This document shows, one piece after another, positions 28,240 through 36,056 of a stretch of 64,000 bases of DNA. The first letter of the stretch is position 1, and every line of letters begins with the position of its first letter. The notes below the pieces were generated by a model. The model saw only the letters and a list, made by a program, of their open reading frames with translations. It did not search any database and was not told where the DNA came from. The stretch comes from Candidatus Latescibacterota bacterium (GTDB taxonomy: Bacteria; Latescibacterota; UBA2968; UBA8231). A program made the position numbers and the translations under genes. The stretch is from assembly GCA_965203175.1 (NCBI GenBank), contig OZ241867.1, positions 2,240,001 to 2,304,000 on the forward strand. Reading direction: 5' to 3'.

Positions 28240-29682
28240 CTATTGGTTGGGAGATCGCTGCATGGCTTGTTCGATCAAGAGCCGATCCTGCTGTGTGGCT
28301 TGTTCGATTAAGAGCCGATCTTGCTGGCTTTGCCGCACCTGCGCCTCTATAGCTACCGGGTCCCACTCGGACAATAGCCGCTCTTGGAGGTCGGCTAGGG
28401 TGGCCGCGTGGGCTGGCTGGTCTGCTAGGTCGTCGAACTCGTTGGGGTCGGCCTCTACGTCGTATAGCTGGGGTGAATCGCCCAAACTGTAGTGGAGCTT
28501 GTAGCGACCGCGTCGCAACATGGCTGTTGGTCGCTGCACGCCGTGGGCGAGGTATTCGGAGAATGCTTCGTCCTTCCAGTTTGCGTCTTGCCCTTGCAGC
28601 AATTTCAGCAGACTATCGCCGTCCAGCAGACCTGCGCTGGGTGCGTCGGCGACTTCGACGATGGTCGCTACTAGATCCACCAGCGACACTACTTCGCTGA
28701 TGCGCCGACCGGCTGGGATCTGACCGGGGTAGACCATTTGCAGTGGCACTTTGGCGGATGCTTCGTACATGCTCGACTTCCGCCACATGCCGTGCTCGCC
28801 GTTCATTTCTCCGTGATCGCTGAAATGCACGATGAGCGTGTTGTCGCGCTGTCCGGTTTCTTCTAGGACGGCGAGCAAACGGCCGATCTTCTCGTCGAGA
28901 TAGGTAATGAGTCCATAGTAACCGGCGCGCGCGCGGCGCACCTGTTCTTCGGGAAAATCGACTCCCCCGAACATGGCCCGCATCCGCTGGTGTACAGGGT
29001 GCTGGCTTTCGAGGTGGCCGGGGGGAATCTCCGGCATGTCGATTTGGTCGAGGGGATAAAGGTTGAAAAATCGCTCGGGCACTACGAGTGGAAAATGCGG
29101 CGCAATAAACGAGACATTCAGCGCCCAAGGCCGCTCCTTGCGGGCCGGATCGCGCAGATAGGCCAGCGCTTGTTCCTCGACCAGATCATCGACTTCGATC
29201 TCCAAGGTCGTCCCCGGTCCGGCTTCGGCAACCCCACCCCAGGGCTTGTCGGCCGGCGGTGTGCCCTTGCTCCAGTCGGGCGTGCCGCGCAGGACGCCGT
29301 CTTTGGTCCACAGTTCGGCGTGCAAATCGCGCGCTAGCTGGGCGCGAAAACCGTGCAGTTGGTCGGGGCCGCAAAAGTGCTGTTTGCCCGAGAGTACCAC
29401 ATCGTAGCCAACAGCGCGCAGCCGATGGGCCCAAGTGACCGCATCAGACGGCAGGGGAGTGGCATTGTCAAAGGCACCAATCTGGTTGATGTAGCGGCCG
29501 GTCATAAATGACATCCGCGACGGCAGGCAGAGTGGAGAGTTGCAATAGGCGTTGGCAAAGGTTGCGCCCTCGGCGGCCAATTGATCCATAAAGGGCGTCT
29601 GCACGAGCGGATGTCCGTAGGGGCCGCTGTACATGGGTGCGTGCTCGTCTGTCATAATGAGCAGGATATTGGGGTGACTCAC
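28240..29682 (-). CDS. Sulfatase (choline-sulfatase-like)
   Basis: PNILLIMTDEH, FGly motif CLPSR, GKQH, SDHGEM. Confidence 0.93.
   Translation of the reverse strand: MSHPNILLIMTDEHAPMYSGPYGHPLVQTPFMDQLAAEGATFANAYCNSPLCLPSRMSFMTGRYINQIGAFDNATPLPSDAVTWAHRLRAVGYDVVLSGKQHFCGPDQLHGFRAQLARDLHAELWTKDGVLRGTPDWSKGTPPADKPWGGVAEAGPGTTLEIEVDDLVEEQALAYLRDPARKERPWALNVSFIAPHFPLVVPERFFNLYPLDQIDMPEIPPGHLESQHPVHQRMRAMFGGVDFPEEQVRRARAGYYGLITYLDEKIGRLLAVLEETGQRDNTLIVHFSDHGEMNGEHGMWRKSSMYEASAKVPLQMVYPGQIPAGRRISEVVSLVDLVATIVEVADAPSAGLLDGDSLLKLLQGQDANWKDEAFSEYLAHGVQRPTAMLRRGRYKLHYSLGDSPQLYDVEADPNEFDDLADQPAHAATLADLQERLLSEWDPVAIEAQVRQSQQDRLLIEQATQQDRLLIEQAMQRSPNQ
28263..28326. repeat. 33-bp tandem duplication in the sulfatase 3' end (QQDRLLIEQA twice)
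   Basis: tggcttgttcgat(c/t)aagagccgatc(c/t)tgctg at 28263 and 28296. Confidence 0.85.
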
Positions 29683-29757
29683 GGGTTGCTCCTAGTTTGC
29701 AGGTTTGAAAAGTTGCGGCGAAGATAAGCCAAACAGATTCCGACAACCAGCCGTTGC

Positions 29758-30186
29758 TCAGCCATCGGCTTGTACACCCAAACCGTGTATATAGACCAAT
29801 TCGCTGCCGCAGTAGCCCGTCCACAAAACCAAGCCGCCGATCAGGACGCCGATCCCGATCCACGCATAGAGTGGCCATCCTTCGAGCCGCCCCTTGAGAT
29901 GCAATGGCAAGCGCCCGAGGACGGCTCCTAATCCCAACAGCAAGGTCCAAGTGGCGAGGGATTCGTGGGTGGCTAACGGCTCAGCGGCCGGCCCATCCCA
30001 AGCCTTGTCCGCGGCTGCGTTGCCGCTGAGGACGGCGGCGGTCGCCGCTAGTACGCCCAACACCAGCAAGCCGTACGCTAGGTGGTGTCCAGCGCGGCGA
30101 CCCAGCCACAGCGCGCCTAGATCGCATAGCGGGCTCAGCGACAAGAGGGCGATGGGGTAGTGGACGATGAAGGGATGCCAATCCAT
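29758..30186 (-). CDS. DUF2231-type membrane protein
   Basis: HPFIVHYPIAL ... HE ... TGYCGSELVYIHGLGV. Confidence 0.85.
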   Translation of the reverse strand: MDWHPFIVHYPIALLSLSPLCDLGALWLGRRAGHHLAYGLLVLGVLAATAAVLSGNAAADKAWDGPAAEPLATHESLATWTLLLGLGAVLGRLPLHLKGRLEGWPLYAWIGIGVLIGGLVLWTGYCGSELVYIHGLGVQADG

Positions 30187-30267
30187 ATTGTATTGTTATT
30201 GTTAATGAAACTTGGGATTGTTAATGAAGCGTTGGGAACGCGACACCTCAAACCGGAGCAATGCCCC

Positions 30268-31563
30268 ATGGCCACGGATCTGTCTCAACACATCGAAGAC
30301 ACGCTGCTAATTGACACGCACGAACACCTGCGCAAGGAGCGCGACTGGGTCGAGAACGGCCCGGACATTTTGCAAGACCTTTTTGGCAACTACGTGCCCG
30401 CCGATCTGATCGCCGCTGGCGCTATCCCCGAGGATCTACACAAGCTCAACGACGCCTCTGACCCAGATTTGGGAGCGCGCTTTGACGGCATCCGCTCGGC
30501 CTTTGCAGCCATCCGCTTCACTGGTTACGGCGAGGCCGTGCGCATCCTCGCGCACGAGATCTATGGCATGGCCGATTTTGGCGAAGACGAGCTGTACAAG
30601 GCGCAAGAGAAGCTCAGCGCTTGGCGTCAACCCGGCGGGCGGCACGAGCTGCTCAGCCAAATAGGCCGGCTGGACCACGTGCAGACCGACGACTTTTCTT
30701 GGCCCTGCCTGCCCGACGAGTCCGGCGTGGATTTTTTCCTCTACGACTTGTCTTGGGCCGCCTTTTGCAACGGTCAAATCGACGCCGAGGCCATTGAGCG
30801 CGAAACCGGCGTGGCCGTCACCGACTTGGCTAGCCTCAAGCAGGGCATGGAAGCCATCTTTGCCGAGCACGGCCCCCATGCCATAGCGGTCAAAGCCCAG
30901 CACGCGTACAACCGCACGCTACGCTGGGAAGAGCGCGCCGACGCCGACGCCGAGCGCGTGCTCCAACGCCTGCTCCAAGGCGCGGAACTCGATGAGCCGA
31001 GTCGGTTGCTGTTGGGCGACTGGTGCTGGGCGCGGGGGACCGAACTGGCGATTGAATACGAGTTGCCGTTCAAGATCCACACGGGCTACTACGCTGGCAA
31101 CGACCGCATGCCCGTTGACCGCATCAAAAGCGGCAACCTCTGCCCCTTGCTGGCCCGCTACCTCGATTGCCGCTTTGTGCTGATGCACATTGCCTATCCC
31201 TATTCCAACGAATTGGTCGCGCTGACCAAGCACTATCGCAACGTGTACGCCGACCTCTGCTGGGCGTGGTCCATTGATCCGTACAGCTCGTGCGACTTTG
31301 TGCGCCGCTTTATCCACGCGGCTCCCGCGTCCAAGCTCTTCGCCTTTGGCGGTGATACTGGCTGGCCGACCAGTTCGGTGGCCTATGCGATTCAGGCGCG
31401 GCGCTGGCTCACCCGCGCTCTCCAAGGCGAGATAGACGACGGCCTGCTGACCGAGGCCGAGGCCATAGAGTTGGCGACCCGCTTTATGCGCGGCAACCAA
31501 GAGGCCTGTTTCGACTTGGCTGGGACGCGGCAGGCGCTGCGCCGGTCGCTTTCAGCCGCTTAG
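30268..31563 (+). CDS. Amidohydrolase family protein
   Basis: IDTHEH, FKIHTG, FVLMH, FGGD. Confidence 0.88.
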   Translation: MATDLSQHIEDTLLIDTHEHLRKERDWVENGPDILQDLFGNYVPADLIAAGAIPEDLHKLNDASDPDLGARFDGIRSAFAAIRFTGYGEAVRILAHEIYGMADFGEDELYKAQEKLSAWRQPGGRHELLSQIGRLDHVQTDDFSWPCLPDESGVDFFLYDLSWAAFCNGQIDAEAIERETGVAVTDLASLKQGMEAIFAEHGPHAIAVKAQHAYNRTLRWEERADADAERVLQRLLQGAELDEPSRLLLGDWCWARGTELAIEYELPFKIHTGYYAGNDRMPVDRIKSGNLCPLLARYLDCRFVLMHIAYPYSNELVALTKHYRNVYADLCWAWSIDPYSSCDFVRRFIHAAPASKLFAFGGDTGWPTSSVAYAIQARRWLTRALQGEIDDGLLTEAEAIELATRFMRGNQEACFDLAGTRQALRRSLSAA

Positions 31564-31646
31564 GTTGCGCCAGGGTAGATCGGTTGGCGAGAAGAACGGA
31601 GCCGACAGAACAGGTCGCGTCGCCAGTGATCGGAGACAGCAAGTAC

Positions 31647-31701
31647 CGTCATTCCCGTGGAAGAACGTCACCCCGTGCCCCGACACGGGGCGGAAATCCA
31701 G
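31647..31701. repeat. Nested palindromic (CGTC-type REP/RPE-like) element
   Basis: CGTCATTCCCGTGGAA...CGGAAATCCAG encloses CGTCA-CCCCGTG-cccga-CACGGGG. Confidence 0.55.
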
Positions 31702-31863
31702 AGTGGTCAAGAGCAAACGCGATCTAAAAATGTGTCGCTTTGTATGACCGCTTACTTGTCTCGTTTTTCCTATTTATAAGTAATTGTTTTCAAATAACTA
31801 ATATAAATTAGTGTGATAAAAAAGCATAAAAAGTGTCAGCAATTTTGACAAGAAAAATGACAT

Positions 31864-31998
31864 CGGTGTTTCCGCCAATTTGCGAGTCGGTGGGCCCTTG
31901 CTTTGCTGACGAAAGGCGCGTACGTCCCGCACGCGCTCACGCAAAGCCGGTGCCTGCCGCAGCGGGTCGGGCGGTGCCTCGCCGAGCCACAGAATCCA
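31864..31998 (-). pseudogene. Fragment of an MmeI-like (Type IIL) restriction-modification gene
   Basis: Hand translation WILWLGEAPPDPLRQAPALRERVRDVRAFRQQSKGPPTRKLAETP resembles the recalled MmeI-family WxLWL...ERVxxVRxFRxxS...TRKLAETP segment. Confidence 0.65.
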
Positions 31999-32254
31999 AC
32001 AGCCGGACGCCCATGAAGCACAGAAATGCGCCGAGGTTGAAGCTGTGGGCGTACATGGCGGACTCTATCACTTCGACGAGCGGCTCGTTCTCGTCGCGTA
32101 TCTGGTCGAGCTAGTCGTAGTGGACGTTGTCGCCCCAACGCCACTAGTCGGGAGACTTGCCGCCCTTGCCCTCGCGGTTGCGGCCCGTGTTGAAGAGCGG
32201 GTCGGTGGCGATGAGGTCAACGGTCGATGAGTTCATGCCGCGCAAGACGGCGAG
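31997..32254 (-). pseudogene. Fragment of an N6/N4 DNA methyltransferase (beta class), two TAG stops
   Basis: LAVLRGMNSSTVDLIATDPLFN...D*WRW..VHYD*LDQIRD...GAFLCFMGVRLL; catalytic DPPF has become DPLF. Confidence 0.8.
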
Positions 32255-33192
32255 GAATACATCGGCCTTCTAGAAAGATATTCGGCGTCTAGAAAGGTCT
32301 TAGCCCAATCCGACTCTTGACAACCAAGCAATTTTACAATCAGCCGCTTTAGCAAAATTCGCGTCCTTTCTGTCTCGTAGTATAAGACCTCGTTGCAAAT
32401 GGTCTCTGCGCTGTGAATGAGCGCGTTGCGAAAATCTATAAAAGCCGGCCTGCTTCCAGCCTTATCTGAAGGATACAGATTTTTCCACTCAACATCATAT
32501 TTATTAAGAAGGATTTCTAACACAGGCCATAGATGATACCCACTATTTTTATATTTATATTTTTCAGTCTCTTTCTCATTGTTCTTCGCATACATGTCCT
32601 TTAGTTTTTCAAGAGCTAGAAAATAGAGTATAAATTTTTGTTCAGGGGGCTCTGTCCTCGCCGTTATCCAGTTGCCCAAAGGAATAGATAGGTCAAATTT
32701 TTCTTTTCTACGATCTCGTAGAGCCTGCACAGCCTTTGCAAGAAATCCTTCTAAAAATTTCCCTCTTTCCCCGCAATCATGTCTGATTTCATCAGCGTAG
32801 TCTCTTTCTGATGACCGGACATGATACACATGCTTATCTGAAGAATAAAACTCCCAAGAAAACCAATCAATCCAGCACCCAGCTACCATGGATGACACTC
32901 GGAGTATATCATTCACAATCTCAATCGCTAGAGACTGGAACTCGTCGTCTGACCTTTCTTTGGGCGACTCATTAGTTTTGACAGTAATTGAAGGGTAGTA
33001 ATCTGATATTTCAAATCCATATCCATCGTCAGATACGTATTCTGGACTTACTCGGATATTAAGAAGGTTGCATATATCTATATTTAGAGGCCTATAAAAG
33101 TGGCGTGTTTCAATGACTTCTGTGCCTTTCTTCTCCATCTTCTCAAGCAAGTCTGGGTCGAAATATGCGTCGCCGGGTTCTATTTTTTTTCT
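32233..33192 (-). pseudogene. AT-rich HEPN-domain (ApeA-like) protein, 5'-truncated by an IS5 remnant
   Basis: KFILYFLALEKL and FRNALIH (Rx4H). The frame is open up to the IS end near 33194; the last codons run into the MTase remnant. Confidence 0.65.
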
Positions 33193-33193
33193 G

Positions 33194-33376
33194 AGAAGCC
33201 GTCTGAAAATTCTATTTTCATTTGATCCGTTTGAGTAGCAAGTGGATCATGGCAATCTGAATCAAGGCTTCACTATGGTGGGTCAATACCTCATAATCTC
33301 TCTCATGTCGGCGAAAATTCATCAACCACGCAAACGTACGCTCAACGACCCACCGGCGTGGTAAAACCTCAATGCC
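33194..33376 (-). mobile_element. IS5-family (IS1031-like) remnant: transposase C-terminus and right end
   Basis: 33218-33376 encodes [29 protein letters not shown]...[12 protein letters not shown], followed by terminal TTTTCAGACGGCTTCT. Confidence 0.85.
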
Positions 33377-33417
33377 GTGCTAGGGATTGCGGATACACTG
33401 CGAGTAGATTGTCCACG

Positions 33418-33923
33418 CTACGGCCCTTCACCATTGGTTTCTTCTTCACCAGCTAGTGCGAGTACGCGACGCCGGATTCCATCCGACAGCCACATGCCGG
33501 TGCTTTCTAGCAAATCCACGTGAGGGGCAATGCGTTCGACCAAACCTTGCGATTTCGCTTCGATGAGGATTTTCAGCGTTCCCCACACATTGAGCTCGGC
33601 GGCCTGTGCGATACGCCGTGCCTGCCTGTCGTCCAGTAGAACGGTGCATTCAGGATGCTCTAACGCCAAAGCCAGTACGGCCAATTCTCCCACCCCTAAA
33701 TCCAGATTCAACCATTCGGGCGGAATGACGCGAGGGTCAACGATCTTGAGCCACTCGTAGCCTTGCGGATCGGGAACGTCGTATCCCCTTTGTCGTCCTT
33801 CCGACAATTCTTGCGCCACGGCTTGGGGGATCTGGACTTCATTGCACAGAATGGGCAGCCAACTTAGGGCGTCGATACGATGAAGATACAGCAGCGCAGA
33901 GTGTTGCTGATGAACTCAGACAT
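33418..33923 (-). pseudogene. DUF3368 PIN-domain toxin with a 1-nt frameshift near codon 8
   Basis: ATG 33923 gives MSEFISNT, then a shifted frame reads SALLYLHRID...IPQAVAQEL...LGVGELAVLALA...LLDDRQARRIA...GTLKIL. Confidence 0.8.
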
Positions 33924-34167
33924 GCTCGCGTTCTAGATCATTCAACTCCGTCTCAAGTGGAAAGACCTTGTAGCGATCAAGCGTCAACAGAAATTCCACG
34001 CGTGCCATCCCGGCAAGCTCCGCAGCCCGGCCAGACGAAAGACGGCCAAGTTCGTAGAGCTTGACTGCGGCTAGCATACGGAGTTCACGTGCAAAAGCGC
34101 GCTCGTCGGTCTTCTCGGCTAGCAGTACGCTCTCTGGAACATCGATTGCGATTTTCCGCGTAGTCAT
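33916..34167 (-). CDS. UPF0175 family antitoxin
   Basis: AVKLYELGRLSSGRAAELAGMARVEFL; overlaps the DUF3368 start. Confidence 0.9.
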   Translation of the reverse strand: MTTRKIAIDVPESVLLAEKTDERAFARELRMLAAVKLYELGRLSSGRAAELAGMARVEFLLTLDRYKVFPLETELNDLEREHV

Positions 34168-34239
34168 TTCCCCTTGCTCCTTCGATCAACGGAGGCGAAC
34201 TGAGTCCACTTCATATATAACTGACGTTACGCGGCGACC

Positions 34240-34494
34240 CTACTCGTCGGCGTCTAACAGGTTGCTAAAGGCTTCGAGGCTGGGCACCTGTATAGCCGCC
34301 CGAAACAACTGCTTGAGGCGCTGCACATCTTCAATGGCTCCAATGCGAGCGGCCAACGGATCCGACGCGGCTAGCCCAAAGCGAATCTCTAACACGTCGA
34401 GCAGATATTCAACGGCGCGTTCTCTGCTGCCTTGCTCAATACCCTGCTCAAGGGCCTTTTCCGTGAAATACTGCACTACCGACGATTCGTACAT
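34240..34494 (-). CDS. Putative internally translated small protein (RpnS-like antitoxin), 84 aa
   Basis: In-frame GGAGGAG-ACC-ATG inside rpn (AEETM) gives MYESSVVQYFTEKALEQG... Confidence 0.55.
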   Translation of the reverse strand: MYESSVVQYFTEKALEQGIEQGSRERAVEYLLDVLEIRFGLAASDPLAARIGAIEDVQRLKQLFRAAIQVPSLEAFSNLLDADE

Positions 34495-35124
34495 GGTCTC
34501 CTCCGCGATGATGGTCATAATCGTTTCTAAGTTATACACCAACCCGCTCAAAATCGCAAGATCGGCCAAGTAATTCGCCTTGAGGGTTTCGTCCATAGGT
34601 ACTGCTTGCGCCCGGTTTACGCACTGGCGCAACCACTCCTCGGCCTCCACACCCGCTGGCTGCTGCATCAACGGTGCAAACGGAATCAAGCCCGAATGCC
34701 CTGCGTCGAGCATGCGTTGGCCGTCTAGTTCACTCAGCCGAATCACTTGGTATTGCACCAAGACGCGGAAGCCGGGCCGCTCTTGAAGATAGTACCCTAG
34801 ATCAGTTCGGCCGGCATCGGGACGCAGATAGATGACGCTGGAGTAGGTCGGCAGGCCGTAGCGCTCGATAAGGCGGCCGATGTAGCCGGCCATGCGCCGT
34901 GGCATGGCCGGATCGGTGCTATCGGTGGTTTGAAATTCGTGATGCACCAACGCCTCCTCGCTGTCGACGCGCACGCGGAGGAGGCTATCGGTGCGGCGGA
35001 CCGTAGGTTGCTCGGTATCGAGTACTTCGACGACTTCGATATCGTCACGCTGAAGGGCGAAGCGGGCGAAATCGGTGGGGTAGGTGTGGATGAGATGTTT
35101 GGCGATGGTATCGAATTCGGCCAT
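34240..35124 (-). CDS. Rpn family recombination-promoting nuclease / putative transposase (PD-(D/E)XK)
   Basis: FDTIAKHL, RRTDSLLRV, HHEFQT, MPRRMAGY, SVIYL, EQGIEQG, LEIRFG. Confidence 0.9.
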   Translation of the reverse strand: MAEFDTIAKHLIHTYPTDFARFALQRDDIEVVEVLDTEQPTVRRTDSLLRVRVDSEEALVHHEFQTTDSTDPAMPRRMAGYIGRLIERYGLPTYSSVIYLRPDAGRTDLGYYLQERPGFRVLVQYQVIRLSELDGQRMLDAGHSGLIPFAPLMQQPAGVEAEEWLRQCVNRAQAVPMDETLKANYLADLAILSGLVYNLETIMTIIAEETMYESSVVQYFTEKALEQGIEQGSRERAVEYLLDVLEIRFGLAASDPLAARIGAIEDVQRLKQLFRAAIQVPSLEAFSNLLDADE

Positions 35125-35166
35125 AAGCCCTGCCTTGAGTTGCGGGTGAGGTGGTATCCGCAACGG

Positions 35167-35181
35167 GCAAGAATCGTGCCA
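35167..35181 (-). promoter_or_regulatory. Sigma54 -24/-12 promoter of rpn
   Basis: Minus strand TGGCACG-ATTC-TTGC, a perfect consensus, 42 bp upstream of the ATG. Confidence 0.75.
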
Positions 35182-35324
35182 CGGCGATGGCTCAGAGGGG
35201 CGGAGGGGATATGAGGCGTTGGAGTGTAGCGGAAAGGATACAGGGATGGAAAGTTGGGGACAAAAACTGCGTAACGTCAGTATATAACTAGCGCTTATTT
35301 ATGAGATAGCGTTCTAGTAACTCC

Positions 35325-36056
35325 CTACTGAAACAACTGTACCGTCGGCTTAATCACCAAGAGGGGCACGCAGGCGTGGGGTGGTAGCGCGGCGACGAAA
35401 AGCGCGGCTTGGGCCAGTTCTTCGGGTTGCAGCATGGTGGCCCGGCGTTCGGCGCTGACGGGTTCGGGTCGCTGGTCCAGAATCGGCGTCTCTACTTCGC
35501 CGGGGCAAATCGCGCAGGCGCGGATGCCGAAATCGACCTCTTCCTCGTTGATCGAGTTCGTCAGAGCCACCGCTCCGTGCTTGGAGGCCGAGTACGCAGC
35601 ACCGCCTAGCTTGCTGGCCCGCAGACCGGCGATGGACGAAATGGTGATGATGAGGCCGTCGTTTTGTTGCCGCATTCCCGGCAGCACCGCCCGCACCATG
35701 TTGTACACTCCGGTAAGATTGATGGCAATGGTCTGGTCCCAGTCCTCGGGTGCCACGTCGCCGACCGCGCGCGGATTGGTGTTGATGCCAGCGTTGTTGA
35801 CTAGCACATCGACGGCACCCCACTCGGCCGCGACAGCGGACGCTAAGGCCTCGACAGCGCTGCGGTCGGATACGTCGCAGGAGTGGAGCATGATCCGATC
35901 GGCATTGAGACCGGCGGCCGCGGCGGCGAGCGGCTCGGGGCGTCGCCCGACGAACGCCACCCGCGCTCCTGCGTCGGCAAAACCGCGCGCTATGCCTGCG
36001 CCGATCCCCGTGCCCGCGCCGGTGACTATCACAACTTTATCGACGAATTGCCGCAT
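35325..36056 (-). CDS. Short-chain dehydrogenase/reductase
   Basis: VTGAGTGIG, LVNNAG, YSASK. Confidence 0.95.
   Translation of the reverse strand: MRQFVDKVVIVTGAGTGIGAGIARGFADAGARVAFVGRRPEPLAAAAAGLNADRIMLHSCDVSDRSAVEALASAVAAEWGAVDVLVNNAGINTNPRAVGDVAPEDWDQTIAINLTGVYNMVRAVLPGMRQQNDGLIITISSIAGLRASKLGGAAYSASKHGAVALTNSINEEEVDFGIRACAICPGEVETPILDQRPEPVSAERRATMLQPEELAQAALFVAALPPHACVPLLVIKPTVQLFQ

Larger units (their letters stand above)
34221..35280. mobile_element. 1060-bp element with 12-bp terminal inverted repeats and a 7-bp target-site duplication, carrying an Rpn gene
   Basis: CTGACGTTACGC (34221-34232) and GCGTAACGTCAG (35269-35280); TATATAA directly flanks both ends (34214-34220, 35281-35287). 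Confidence 0.75.

Noticed and set aside
33181-33221. Phase-variable poly-A tract restoring an ATG at 33221 for the HEPN gene
   Set aside because: That ATG lies inside the IS5 remnant (overlapping the transposase stop), so truncation by the IS is the simpler explanation.
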